A stretch of DNA of 62,992 nucleotides, filler included, from Octopus bimaculoides (GCF_001194135.2; 4 parts of 3 records of this genome joined end to end with filler, not necessarily neighbours in it); one strand, 5' to 3'. Shown: positions 37,827-51,473, counted from the first letter of the whole stretch. Made by a program: numbers and translations. Notes: generated by a model from the letters alone, not told the origin.

Positions 37827-37864
37827 AGTCTGTCTGTCTATCTGTCTGTCTGTCAGTCAGTCTG

Positions 37865-37933
<69 letters not shown>
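37646..37933. repeat. Compound (TATG)n/(TCTA)n/(TCTG)n microsatellite
   Basis: Read directly from the sequence. Confidence 0.97.
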
Positions 37934-38205
37934 AGTCGAAGAATTCGATCCCAGGATTTATTCTTCGTAAGCCCAGTACTTATTCTATCGGTCTCTTTAG
38001 CCGAACCGCTAAGTTACAAGAACATGAACACACCAGCAACAGTTGTCGAGCGAAGGTGGGGGCACAAACAGAGACATGCACACGTAAATAAATACATACA
38101 TATATGCATATATATATATATATATATACACGACGGGCTTCTTTCAGTTTCCAACAAACACAAACACACATACATACATACGTATACACATACATACATT
38201 TATAT

Positions 38206-38236
<31 letters not shown>

Positions 38237-38394
38237 CGTATATAAACGACAGGCTTCTTTCAGTTTCGTCTACTAAAGGCTTTGGTCGGCCCGAGGCTAT
38301 AGCAGAAGACACTTGCCCAAGGTGCCACGCAGTGGGATTGAACCTGGAGCCATGCGGTTAGGAAGCAAGCTTCTTACTATACAACTACGCCTGC
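37934..38394 (-). mobile_element. F1 SINE with internal microsatellite expansion
   Basis: Homology to 57241-57660; the segment gggcttctttcagtttc occurs twice. Confidence 0.8.
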
Positions 38395-38411
38395 NNNNNN
38401 NNNNGTATATG

Positions 38412-38497
<86 letters not shown>

Positions 38498-38688
38498 CAA
38501 TATGGAAAGAAAGAAAGAAAGAGAGAGTGAGAGATTGAGATAGAGAGAGAGAGAGAGAGAGAGTGTGTGTGAGATAGATTGATAGATAGATAGATATAGT
38601 ATACCTAAATATACGTACATACACACATACACACATATTTTACTGATGTTATTTTATACATACATACATACATTCATACATACATACA

Positions 38689-38720
<32 letters not shown>

Positions 38721-40269
38721 GAGGTATTTATATATGTATATACAATACTGCTGTTTTTGATATCATTAAGAACAAAACGAAGTACAATTAAGTGGGGAGT
38801 ATATTAATTCTTTTTAATAAGAAGTATTTCTTGCAAGGCAGCTCTGTTTCATCTAATATATAACACATCCTAAATTGAGAGATTTTATAAATCTAAAATG
38901 GCTGCCAGTCTCTAAGAATGGGGAAAAAATGAACGCATTAGTTATAATGTACTCTGATAGTTTATACAAACGATATTAACGATCAGGTCGAGACGGAATG
39001 TTTAAAAGATGTTTACGCAACTTTTGTTTCTAATTTTCTGCATGTTTGCATCGGATGAAAGCGTAAAATAGGAAAACAGCGATAACTGCCGAAACGAATA
39101 ACCAACTAAACTATTCACCAGTATTTTATAACTTCTGTAATAGTGTGTGTGTGTGTGCGGAATGTACGTGTGTGTGTGTGTGTATAATGATAGAACACTC
39201 AGCGGGTATCTGAGGGGTACAGGTTCGATTCCCATAGCCACCTGCTTGCAACTTTTACTCGTCATATAAGGATAAATACCCAATCTTTATATATTCTATA
39301 GAAAAGCGTGATAGTCGAACATCCATCTTCGTTTGTCTCTATCTATATCTACATCTATATANNNNNNNNNNNNNNNNNNNNNNNNNNNNNNNNNNNNNNN
39401 NNNNNNNNNNNNNNNNNNNNNNNNNNNNNNNNNNNNNNNNNNNNNNNNNNNNNNNATATATATATATATATATATCTGTCTGTCTGTTTGTCTGTCTGTT
39501 TGTCTGTCTAGCTGTCTGTCTATCTATCTATCTACTCACCTACCTATGTATTTACCACCACCCCTATCAACGAAGCCTATGAAACTAACAGCTAATTGGA
39601 AACACTTACCACCAAACTGACTTAGAAACAAACAGTCAAGTAGAAATTATATTTAATCTCAGTTTGTGTTTGCGTGTATGGAATAGTTTAATGGTTTATT
39701 TCGTTTATTCTGGAGATAATAGCCTAAAACAATGCGATTAAGCAGTTTTTAAAGAAGGGTGGTGCCAGTTGTTACGTTTCAGTAATAGCAGCATTATGAG
39801 AAAACCCTTCTGTAAGAGATTCAGTTTAAGAAAGCTTGCTTAGTATGTAGCATGTCAGAACTTGTACTATTGAAGTATATGAAGATGGAAGATCATCAAA
39901 TATGATCACCTGGAATTCGAGGAGAAGAATTCTAGACATGAGTGGCGGTCTGCAATGGCAACGGTGAAGTTTTAATATATGAAATGTAACAGACACTACT
40001 TGAAGCGTTAGATTTCACAGCACACTATTATACATACATACATATACGCACACATGCATACACACACATGCACACTCACACACACGCATGCGCACACATA
40101 CATACATACATACATACATGTATGCATACATACATACATACATACATAGATACATGTATGCAGTCATACATACATGCATGCATACATACATTCATACATA
40201 CATACAAGCATGCATGCATGCACACATACATACATACATACATACATGCATACATACATACACATACAT

Positions 40270-40319
40270 ATATACATACATAATGTGGATTTGGTAGAAG
40301 GAAACTGTGTGTGTGTGTG

Positions 40320-40399
<80 letters not shown>

Positions 40400-40620
40400 T
40401 ATATGTTTGTGTGTCTGTGTTTGTCCACCCCCGACATCGCTTGACAACTGATGCTGGTGTGTCTACGTCCCCGTAACTTAGCGGTTCGGCAAAAAAGAAC
40501 GATAGAATAAGTACTAGGCTTACAAAGAATAAGTCCTGGGGTCGATTTGTTCGACTGAAACGCAGTGCTCCAGCATGGCCGCAGTCAAATGACTGAAACA
40601 AGTAAAATAATAAAAGAATA
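40270..40620 (+). mobile_element. F1 SINE 3' half with a long internal (GT)n
   Basis: gtggatttggtagaaggaaactg-(GT)n-gtttgtccacccccgacatcgcttgacaac...gactgaaacaagtaaa. Confidence 0.8.
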
Positions 40621-40824
40621 AAGAATACATATACATGTTTGTGCTCATGGTTAGCATGTATTTGTGTGAGGGATATGCATTTCCCTTCAGTATACAAGCG
40701 TCAGTGCTTCACACTTTTTACACTTTATAACACAAATGTCTATGCTTTCACTCTTATGTCTATGCATTCATTTATTCCATATGTATATGCGCTTGCGTGT
40801 TTATATCTGGCCCAGTAAAGTCAC

Positions 40825-40857
<33 letters not shown>

Positions 40858-41141
40858 TGTATGTATGTATGTATGTATGTATGTATGTATGTATGTATGT
40901 AGCTACTAACCTACCTACGTATGTGCATATTCATTGAATGCTAGTCGAATTTTCATTGTGTCTTCCAACAGTGTTTCATGCCTGAAGTAACGAATCCCTA
41001 AGCGTGAAACTCGGTGAAGCTTCAGATTCCAACTTGAGGGTAAATGATTAAACATTAATTAGAACAACAAAAATGTCTGACCGAAGGAAATAAAACAGAA
41101 TGGAAGTACCTCGAATACATTATACAGTGTGTATGTGTGTA

Positions 41142-41208
<67 letters not shown>

Positions 41209-41671
41209 GAGGAGGAGGAGAATTATAACATTTGGAGTCATAAAGCCGTTTTCTGTTTTCTATGGCGTACAGGTGACCGAGATCACAAAATTTCTTCTGA
41301 ACTGGCAGTGGTCTGTACCAGGAATTTTGAAGGGAAAGGCAAGTTTATGGCCTCAGCAGCATAGCAAAGTCTTATCTTGTCTGCAGCGCAGTTTTTGACT
41401 GTTTTACAAATAGAAAAAAGTTTAATAACAATCCGGGGTCAAAACTCCAATTTATTAAAAGAGAGACAAGAAGAGAAAATGCTCTAATTATAGAGGAATC
41501 TCCTTGCTAAACCTCTCCGATAAAGTCCACGCTAGGTGTCCAGAAAAGAGATGTAGAGAAATTGTCGAGCCCAAGTTAGCTCAAGTACAATGTGGTTTCT
41601 ATCCTGGACGCAGCACAACTGACCAGATATTTACTCTATTGCAGGTCTTTAAGAAATCACGGGTATATTGA

Positions 41672-41864
41672 TTTTAAATTTTGGCACAGGGCTAGCAATT
41701 TTAGAGGAGGGGTAAGTTGGTTAGATCGACCTCAGTATTCAACTGGTATTTATTTAATCGACCCCGGAGTGATGAAAGGCAAAGTCATCCTCGGCGGAAT
41801 TTGAGCTCAGAATGCCACTAAACATTTTGCCCCTGCATGCTAAGGGTTCTGTCAGTTCGCCACC
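41672..41864 (-). mobile_element. F3 (Deu/Nin-like) SINE
   Basis: Reverse complement of the F3 sequence seen at 33626. Confidence 0.75.
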
Positions 41865-41865
41865 T

Positions 41866-42430
41866 TAAATCGTGGGAATATTGGTACTGGCGTAGCTAGA
41901 GTGTGCTGCCCGGGGCAGCCCTGCTGTTTACCGCCCCCGGACTCCACACAAAAAAACACATATTGCCTACAGCAGACCCAAAAGTGCCACCCCTTTAAAG
42001 GTGCCGTTCTTACCCCCCTCCCAGCTACGCTAGTGAATATTGGCAAGAGATGCACAGTTGATTTGTAGGCATCGAAAAGGCATATGACCACGTGCCGCGG
42101 GACATGCTGTGGAAGATTTTGAAACAGTTTGAGATTAATGGGAAACTTCTGGTTGCCGTAAAGTCCCTATACGAATGTCCAGATGTTTGTGTTTGGGTAA
42201 ATGATGCTAAGTCGAAACCTTTCAACGTGAGTGTTGAGCTTCAGCTGAGGCGTATATTGTCACCTTTCCTTTACCTAATTTTTATGAACTGAATTGACAT
42301 GTGCAGCCCCTGTGGAAGTGATACACAGTCACTGGGTGTAAGATCAATCGGCTGATATTTGCAGACGATACATTGCTACTTGGGCTCATCAGAAGGTGAT
42401 CTCCAGTATGTACTGATTGGGTTCGATGAG
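41866..42430 (+). pseudogene. RTE-clade LINE reverse transcriptase fragment interrupted by a MITE
   Basis: Removing 41885-42043 and allowing a frameshift gives KSWEYWQEMHS*FVGIEKAYDHVPRDMLWKILKQFEINGKLLVAVKSLY...LSPFLYLIFMN...RLIFADDTLLLGSSEGDLQ. Confidence 0.85.
41885..42035. mobile_element. hAT-type MITE, 151 bp
   Basis: TIRs tactggcgtagct and agctacgctagtg; perfect 8-bp TSD AATATTGG at 41877-41884 and 42036-42043. Confidence 0.85.
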
Positions 42431-42502
42431 AAGTAATGTTGCGAAGACAAATATTGGTCCTCTCAAGAATATCTTCCCAGTGCACTCTGCATCACTGAAA
42501 AA

Positions 42503-42548
<46 letters not shown>

Positions 42549-43042
42549 ATATATATACATACATACATACATACATACATACATACATACATACATACAT
42601 ACATAGAGAGAGGGAAACAGAGTGGGGTGGAGGGTTGAAACCGAGATAAAAAGAAAATTAGTGAAGAAGTAAGTTTACGTAAGCTCATCTCTTTCATATC
42701 CTGATATCATGTTAATGAACGTAATAAGTTTCTGTTCAAAACCAGATTTAACGTTATTCGTCTCTCCCCTAACAGGGTAGGGGGTAACAACCCAACTCGC
42801 TCGTGGATATATACATCTGTCGAGATTAACAGACAGCTTCTACGAGGTATTAGGTTTAAATGAGGTGATGAAATTTCCTCACTAAGAACGTTTGATGTAA
42901 AGCGTCTTTGCAAGTCTTTTTTATACATCCGGGGATTTTTCTTGAGTCAGGTTGGTTAGGATATTACATAACACTGCAATCATTGCAAACTGGAGTCCTA
43001 TACTTTGGCTGCCTTTGCCTTATATTCACACATACACACACG

Positions 43043-43079
<37 letters not shown>

Positions 43080-43112
43080 GCATACACTCGCGCGCGCATA
43101 TATATGTGTGTG

Positions 43113-43153
<41 letters not shown>

Positions 43154-44028
43154 NNNNNNNNNNNNNNNNNNNNNNNNNNNNNNNNNNNNNNNNNNNNNNN
43201 NNNNNNNNNNNNNNNNNNNNNNNNNNNNNNNNNNNNNNNNNNNNNNNNNNNNNNNNNNNNNNNNNNNNNNNNNNNNNNNNNNNNNNNNNNNNNNNNNNNN
43301 NNNNNNNNNNNNNNNNNNNNNNNNNNNNNNNNNNNNNNNNNNNNNNNNNNNNNNNNNNNNNNNNNNNNNNNNNNNNNNNNNNNNNNNNNNNNNNNNNNNN
43401 NNNNNNNNNNNNNNNNNNNNNNNNNNNNNNNNNNNNNNNNNNNNNNNNNNNNNNNNNNNNNNNNNNNNNNNNNNNNNNNNNNNNNNNNNNNNNNNNNNNN
43501 NNNNNNNNNNNNNNNNNNNNNNNNNNNNNNNNNNNNNNNNNNNNNNNNNNNNNNNNNNNNNNNNNNNNNNNNNNNNNNNNNNNNNNNNNNNNNNNNNNNN
43601 NNNNNNNNNNNNNNNNNNNNNNNNNNNNNNNNNNNNNNNNNNNNNNNNNNNNNNNNNNNNNNNNNNNNNNNNNNNNNNNNNNNNNNNNNNNNNNNNNNNN
43701 NNNNNNNNNNNNNNNNNNNNNNNNNNNNNNNNNNNNNNNNNNNNNNNNNNNNNNNNNNNNNNNNNNNNNNNNNNNNNNNNNNNNNNNNNNNNNNNNNNNN
43801 NNNNNNNNNNNNNNNNNNNNNNNNNNNNNNNNNNNNNNNNNNNNNNNNNNNNNNNNNNNNNNNNNNNNNNNNNNNNNNNNNNNNNNNNNNNNNNNNNNNN
43901 NNNCGTCTTTCTCTCTCCGCCCCCTCTATCGCTATGTATATTATATTCCATGGCGGACATTTTGAAGAAATAGAAGACAAAAACAACATAAGATAGAACA
44001 TAAGACAGATAGACAGACAGACAGAAAA

Positions 44029-44085
<57 letters not shown>

Positions 44086-45359
44086 CTGTACAAAAGAAAA
44101 AAAGAGTGAGGGAGAGAGGGAAGTAAGAGTGATTTACAAAGTACGATAGACTGATAATATTTTTGTCATATTCATACCTGGCACCGAAAAAGATGAAATA
44201 GCTGATGCTGTTTAAAATTTCTTGCATCTAGGATATTCATAACATTTAGATTGTCTTCCTCTCTAAATCTATTTTGGTAAACGTTAAACGTAATTTGGTA
44301 ACCAGAAACGTTAAATAACTCTCTTTTACATCCTCTCTGTCTCCCTCTCTCTCTTTCTCTAAATCTGTGTCTCTCGCTCACAAAAATTCTTCATGTTTAT
44401 GAAAGAATGTCAGTTTGTTGGTTTGTCGAAAGCGAAACGTAATTAATTAATCTATGTGCAGTGAGGGTTTACCATTTTTTTTCTTCTCTTAATTTTGTTA
44501 TATTCTGTACCGATCTGTTTTTTTTAAACTTGCGTTTGTGGAAAACAGGCAAGCATGGATATAGAGAGGCTATACTTGAAGGCATCGATTTCAATGAAAT
44601 GAAATACTGTGAGCCAAGCGAGCGAGGAAACCTCTACTGATTAACTCGATCATTTAGAAATAGGAGCTAAATCTCTGCCTCAAATTATACCTGATTGATG
44701 TATATATAGATATACTTACAAACCTAATATTCACATATGTAAATACCTACGTACATACATAATGATATCCCAACCCATATATATATATATATAAATATAT
44801 ATATATAAATATATATATATANNNNNNNNNNNNNNNNNNNNNNNNNNNNNNNNNNNNNNNNNNNNNNNNNNNNNNNNNNNNNNNNNNNNNNNNNNNNNNN
44901 NNNNNNNNNNNNNNNNNNNNNNNNNNNNNNNNNNNNNNNNNNNNNNNNNNNNNNNNNNNNNNNNNNNNNNNNNNNNNNNNNNNNNNNNNNNNNNNNNNNN
45001 NNNNNNNNNNNNNNNNNNNNNNNNNNNNNNNNNNNNNNNNNNNNNNNNNNNNNNNNNNNNNNNNNNNNNNNNNNNNNNNNNNNNNNNNNNNNNNNNNNNN
45101 NNNNNNNNNNNNNNNNNNNNNNNNNNNNNNNNNNNNNNNNNNNNNNNNNNNNNNNNNNNNNNNNNNNNNNNNNNNNNNNNNNNNNNNNNNNNNNNNNNNN
45201 NNNNNNNNNNNNNNNNNNNNNNNNNNNNNNNNNNNNNNNNNNNNNNNNNNNNNNNNNNNNNNNNNNNNNNNNNNNNNNNNNNNNNNNNNNNNNNNNNNNN
45301 NNNNNNNNNNNNNNNNNNNNNNNNNNNNNNNNNNNNNNNNNNNTATATATATACATATA

Positions 45360-45525
45360 TACGACGGGCTTCTTTCAGTTTCCGTCTACCAAATCCACTC
45401 ACAAGGCTTTGGTCGGCCCGAAGCTAAAGTTGAAAGACACTTGCCTAAGGTGCCACGCAGTGGGACCGAACCCGGAACCATGTGGTTCGTAAGCAAGCTA
45501 CTTACCACACAGCCACTCCTGCGCC
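45360..45525 (-). mobile_element. F1 SINE 5' half, CpG-intact
   Basis: Reverse complement of gcaggagtggctgtgtggtaagtagcttgc...gggttcggtcccactgcgtggcaccttaggcaagtg. Confidence 0.85.
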
Positions 45526-46535
45526 ATATATATATATATATATGTATATATTAGCGTGACAGAGAAGCCAGTTCGTACCTGTAATAAACCCACTTCTTAA
45601 ATATGGATGGGTGCGTTATACACTCACGCGCATATACGATGTAAATGGGTGTACATACGTATGCTTGTGCGTGAGCGTACGTGCGTGGATGTATATTTGT
45701 TATCAGATGGGATGAAGTGATTAAAAAAATAATGATAATAAATAGCAAACAACATTCCCAACCAAAGTGAAAACGAGAAATTCCTTCTTCCATGACGTAT
45801 AGGATTGCTGAGGGTTTGAACAGACGGAACTAAGGATGCACAACTATTCCATCCGCTATATATTCTATCCTGTTTGGAAATCGTTGCATAATTAATCACT
45901 GGGTGATTCGGTGCATTTTTATTTTGTTGTTGCTGTTATTGCTGTAATAAAAACTTAACCAATTATTTTGATGTTTCTACATCCATCGCCCCCTTTCGAC
46001 TACCCCATTATCACCCCCACATTTCTTCAACATTGGATCTTTCCACCTCCCCCAGGGGGCAGTGCCACCCACTTTGAGAACCACTGATCTAGGGTTACAT
46101 TATCCAACGTATAGTTCATTCTGTGTTTTATTGTCTTCCTTTTCATTTTCCTTTCTATCATTTAAACATTCTGGTGTATAATTTGCACAAGATTTCGATG
46201 TGATTATTACCAGGTCATGTCGATAGAATGGATTTCCACCATCTTATTCGTATCTTTCCGGTAAAACTACCGTGGACTAACCTGTAATCCTTTATAATCC
46301 ATCCATCCATCTCTGGTCACTAATCTTGGCAGGGTGTTGGGGTAGAGTCCACAGTCACCTATTCTGTTGGGTTCTATCAGAGTCAACCGTTATTAGGTTT
46401 TCCGGCTGGTTTCCCAAGCGTTACCAACTGCGACTATGAATATCGTCCAGCCATTTCGCTGTTGGTCTACCCGCTAGGTCTCCTGCCGGTTCACACGGTT
46501 TGGATAGCCCGTCTTGGGATTCTTTCCTGCGGTGT

Positions 46536-46775
46536 GGAGGCGCGTGGGTCAGTGGTTAGGGTGTTGGATTCATGATCGTAAGGTTGTGGTTTCGATTTCT
46601 GGACCGGGCGATGCGTTGTGATCTTGAGCAAAACACTTCATTTGTAGGTTGCTCCTGTCCACTCAGCTGGCGAAAATGAGTTATCCTGCGACGGACCGGC
46701 GTCCCGTCCAGGTAGGGAATATATACACCATGAAACCCTTATGAGTCAATATGACTCGAGAAGATAACTTTACCA
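46536..46775 (+). mobile_element. F2 SINE
   Basis: ggaggcgcgtgggtcagtggttagggtgttgg...gttgtgatcttgagcaaaacacttc. Confidence 0.8.
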
Positions 46776-47166
46776 TTCTATCCTGCGATATTCTAATCTC
46801 ATATCCGTAATACCGAAGCTGAGACCTTTCACTGCGAAGAAGTAGCGGATCAACCTGGTGAGACTTTCTGATCTCTGAGCGATGCACCCTGTCAAGTAAT
46901 GGTACTCTTGAGATCCTTCGGACGTACCCCGTTTCTACCGCTTGTATTCAGCGAAGTAGAATTTACCATTTGAGAGCGGAATACCAATTGCCGTTAACCA
47001 GCAGTGCATATTGAGGTCCTTACAGTGGTCCAGAAATATGCTGATAGGAAACCTCTTGGTTGTATCTCCACCTCACAAAAGAGTTTCTAAATTCGGCGGA
47101 TCTCATCGGGAGTTCAATCTTACCTGAGGTACCATGAACGCCACGAAATGATTGTGAACAAGAACT
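46776..47166 (-). pseudogene. RTE LINE ORF2 C-terminal remnant
   Basis: HRSEIRKSHQVDPLLLRSERSQLRYYGY..RISQDR matches the RTE-type motif EIRESLQVEPLLLRIERSQLRW.GH..RM. Confidence 0.7.
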
Positions 47167-47715
47167 NNNNNNNNNNNNNNNNNNNNNNNNNNNNNNNNNN
47201 NNNNNNNNNNNNNNNNNNNNNNNNNNNNNNNNNNNNNNNNNNNNNNNNNNNNNNNNNNNNNNNNNNNNNNNNNNNNNNNNNNNNNNNNNNNNNNNNNNNN
47301 NNNNNNNNNNNNNNNNNNNNNNNNNNNNNNNNNNNNNNNNNNNNNNNNNNNNNNNNNNNNNNNNNNNNNNNNNNNNNNNNNNNNNNNNNNNNNNNNNNNN
47401 NNNNNNNNNNNNNNNNNNNNNNNNNNNNNNNNNNNNNNNNNNNNNNNNNNNNNNNNNNNNNNNNNNNNNNNNNNNNNNNNNNNNNNNNNNNNNNNNNNNN
47501 NNNNNNNNNNNNNNNNNNNNNNNNNNNNNNNNNNNNNNNNNNNNNNNNNNNNNNNNNNNNNNNNNNNNNNNNNNNNNNNNNNNNNNNNNNNNNNNNNNNN
47601 NNNNNNNNNNNNNNNNNNNNNNNNNNNNNNNNNNNNNNNNNNNNNNNNNNNNNNNNNNNNNNNNNNNNNNNNNNNNNNNNNNNNNNNNNNNNNNNNNNNN
47701 NNNNNNNNNTATATA

Positions 47716-47768
<53 letters not shown>

Positions 47769-47807
47769 CATACATACATACATATATAGGAGCAAGTCGA
47801 TGACCTC

Positions 47808-47954
47808 GACACAAGTACTTTACTTTATCGATCCTGAAAGGATGAAATGCAAAGTAGACCGCGGCGGAATTTGAACTCGGAACGTAAAGAACCAGAAAAA
47901 AATACTGCTTAACATTTTATTTGACGCGTAAAACGATTTTGTCATCTCAACGCC
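47808..47954 (-). mobile_element. F3 SINE fragment
   Basis: tttatcgatcctgaaaggatgaaatgcaaagtagaccgcggcggaatttgaactc. Confidence 0.75.
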
Positions 47955-48660
47955 TTAATTACGGATATTACAGGTCTTTTGACAAGGAGTGGTAATATGA
48001 GAATGTTTTGTATGGAGTATAATAACCCGAAATATTTGAGGAAAGGGAAAACAATATGATTTAAATCCTAAGAAGGAAGTTTAGTGATAAGCTTAGACAT
48101 TCCTCTACGTTAGTGTCTGGCGGAAATGTGTACAGAACATTGAAACAAGGGCTACCCTAACACTAAGTTAAATATTTACTAACTAAAACCGGAATTATTG
48201 TTAACATGTTTTCACTGAATGACATCTAACTAAAACTCCTACAGATATCCATTAAGTGGCGGCTAATACTATTATTACAATTAATTTACTTATTTTACTC
48301 CACTTGTTTAATAATTAGTTAGTAGGTTAGATGATGCGTTAATTAGTTAATTATTTGGCTTGACTAACACTTAAAGCTATTTAACTTAGTTCGTACGATG
48401 CTTTTACATAGCACGAATTGAATTAATTTACCAACTTCCGCTGTTGTGGCTCTGCAGCACCAGGTCAACTCTGATTACTTTGGCTTGCGATTAAAGGCAT
48501 TCCGACCATGACCGTCTATCTTATTAAGGATAAATGAGACTGCGTATTAAATGCGTTTTCCATCCGAACACGGCTAGATACAATCTGAGAGAGATTTCTA
48601 CCTCATCGAGAGACCATCTGGAGGGGTGGGGTTACTCCTTGCTGTTTAGATTTCCGATAC

Positions 48661-48870
48661 AGGCACAAGACCACAGATTATGTGCTAGGCGGGAGTGTAA
48701 TCAATTATATCCATCCCAGTAATTAATTATTTTATCGCTAAAGATCTACTTCCCGGCACGATGAAAGGGCAAAGTCAAACCTCGTCGGGATTTGAACTCA
48801 AAAGAAAATAACGACTTAGCAACGTCGCTAAGCATTTTGTTGGCACCTCTACCGATTGTGCCAGCGACCT
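48661..48870 (-). mobile_element. F3 SINE
   Basis: gatgaaagggcaaagtcaaacctcgtcgggatttgaactc...gctaagcattttg. Confidence 0.7.
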
Positions 48871-48991
48871 CTATGTTTAAGCTCTATAAACACTAAGTAG
48901 AGATAGAAAAACAAAGAAGGCAATACCACATCCTTGGCTGGACACAAACCACGTATCTATTGCTCTACCGTTCATTTTTAAATTTCGGTTT

Positions 48992-49026
<35 letters not shown>

Positions 49027-49210
49027 TGTATGTATGTATGTATGTATGTATGTATGTATGTATGTATGTATATGGGTCGTTGTGCGGTAAGCGGTAACGA
49101 GTTTGCTTGGTACTTTGGCCAAAAGTATCTTCTACTATACCCTTGGGTGACCAATGTCTTGTGTGTGGATTTGGTAGACAAAAACTGAAAGAAGTCGTAT
49201 TATATATATA

Positions 49211-50297
49211 CAGGCAGACCCCCATGTTTACGAATTATTTCGTTCCTGACTAGATTCGTAAAGTGAAACATTCATATAGTGGGGTATTATCGTCCATAGA
49301 AAACAATGATTCCCACTAAAGAAATTGATTCTTGAACTTTCTGTAATTGAAAAAAATGGTTAAGATAAAAATAGCAATATTCAAGAGTATGATTTGTTTA
49401 TTAAATCACAAACTACAGAATGAAAAATAGAAAAACACATGTTAATTCCGTTTGTTGAGTTTTTTCTTGTTTCGTTGTTCGGTCCGCATTAGTTTTCTTC
49501 GTTAAAAAATTATATAAAGTTGTTTGTTGAAAATATTTCTTCTTCATTACATTGTAGATTTCACGATAACAAACATGACCTCTCATTAAATTTGTAGCAA
49601 CAGTTGAGCTTCTTTCAAAATCGGCACCTTGCTGCTCAAAGATTTCAGTTGCGTCTTCGATGTGAAGAAATACTTCATTTAGCTTTTTTGCAGAGAAGCA
49701 TCTTTCAGGCGATTCTTCATCTTCTTCTTCACGTTCAAACTTTCCCATTTCTAGCAATTCTTCGTTTGTGATTTCATCACTGTCAGCATAAAGAACTTCT
49801 TTAACATCTTCAGGTGAAATTTTAAAGTTCAATTCCTTTGCAATGTTTATGACCGTGTCAGTTTCTGTTTGAAGACCTTCATGAAGATTATCAAATCCTT
49901 CAAAATCGTCAAGTAATTTGGGGAAGAGATTTTTCTAAATTCCTTTCATGTTCCTTGCGATGATTCTATTCCATGCTTTCTTTATCTCTTTTATTGCATC
50001 AAGGATGTTGAAACTCTTCCAAAATTCTTGAATCGTAGGACCATTTTCTTTATCAGTCACTTCGATGAGTCTTCCAAAGGCGAAACGGAGATAGTACGAT
50101 TTAAACGATGAAATGGCTCCTTGATCCATAGGCTGCAATAAAGATGGTGTATTGGGAGGTAAAAAAAAAAAAACATTTATATTTTGATGGTGCCGCTTTA
50201 AAAATTCAGTATGACTGGGTGGTATTATCCATTATCAAAAGAATCTTGAAAGGAATTTTTTTATCCTTACAATATTTTTCTACTTCGGGAACAAAGT
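49211..50297 (-). mobile_element. Tigger/pogo DNA transposon 3' part; frameshifted DDE_1 transposase with one TIR
   Basis: The - strand gives HFVPEVEKYCKDKKIPFKILLIMDN..SH...FLPPNTPSLLQPMDQGAISSFKSYY...WKSFNILDAI...EDVKEVL...ITNEELLEM. TIR TA|caggcagacccccatgtttacgaa. Cut at about 50298 by an F3 SINE. Confidence 0.88.
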
Positions 50298-50984
50298 GAT
50301 TTATCGACTCCGAAAGGCAAAGTCAACCTCGGTGGAAATTGAACTTAGAACGTAAAGATAAACGAAATACCGCTAAGCATTTTGCCCGGCGTGCTAGCGC
50401 ATCTACCAGCTCACCTTGCGTGTCACCTCGGGCAAATGTCTTCTACTATAGCCTCGGGCTGACCAAATCCTTGTGAGTGGATTTAATAGGCGGAAATTGA
50501 AAGAAGCCCGTCGTATATATATATATGTTTGTGTCTGTGTTTGTCCCCCACTATCGCTTGACGACCAATGTTGGTGTGTTTACGTCCCCGTACCGTAGCG
50601 ATAGAATAAGAACTAGGCTTACAAAGAATAAGGGTCGATTCGTTCGACAGAAACGCCGTGCTCCAGCAGTCACGTGACTGAAACAAATGAAAGAATAAAA
50701 GAATAAGTACTTACGAGTGAAGAAAGGATAAAAAGGTAACGGCTAGAATGCATTTGATCGCATTCCTGATCAATATCGGCTTGTCTGGAACTAAGCAACC
50801 ATATCAAGATGACTGACACTTTGATCTACTTATCAAACTGCACTATACTCTTCAATATTAGTTTGTTGTAATCAATTCTTTTCTGTAACCATGACAGACA
50901 TTTGTTTCTCTTTAGTCTTTTTACATTCCCACCAATCTCATTCTTTTCCACTCACATAGATACATACATATATATGGGAGAATA

Positions 50985-51170
50985 TACGAAAAAACAACAA
51001 CAGACGAAGACAGGTGGTGTAAATAACAAAAGGATGTATTAGTATGACGCTCGGGAATACGGAAATTCTTTGACGTTTCGAGGTACGCTCTTCAACAGAA
51101 AGAATACGGAGACAAGGAGAAAAACACGGAGAAAAAAAATTGAATAGTGTCCAGTCAACGGTCAATCATA
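50985..51170 (-). mobile_element. Penelope-like terminal segment
   Basis: Homologous to 730-880 and carries a minimal hammerhead-like motif. Confidence 0.55.
51066..51104 (-). ncRNA. Minimal type-I hammerhead-ribozyme-like motif with a variant core
   Basis: (-) ttcttt CTGTTGA A GAG cgtac CTC GAAAC GTC aaagaa: stem I ttcttt/aaagaa, stem II GAG/CTC, palindromic ACGT stem III, GUC site. Core CUGUUGA differs from CUGANGA. Confidence 0.5.
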
Positions 51171-51473
51171 ATAATGGCTGATCATAACAATGGCTGACCG
51201 GAAGTTAGAAATTCTTTTTAAAGGAGGTTAACAAAAGTGGAAAAGTTCAAAAGTTCAAAAGCTTTTTAGACGTCGTGGTATATTGAAGCGGTTTCCAATC
51301 AGAAGATGGGTCCAGTGTAATCCGTGGGTAGGAGAGGTGCAGCCGGAGGGTATAAAGTTCAGAATCAAACAGTCCAGAAAGAGTAGATACAGATATACAT
51401 ACATACATATATACATACATACATACATGCATATACATACTTACATATGTGTGTGTGTATATATATGTATGTA

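Noticed and set aside
44178-44227. Possible - strand exon (MQEILNSISYFIFFGA or DARNFKQHQLFHLFRCQ) with a CAG|GTATGA donor
   Set aside because: No recognisable homology, a weak acceptor, and no partner exons I can support. RNA-seq would be needed.
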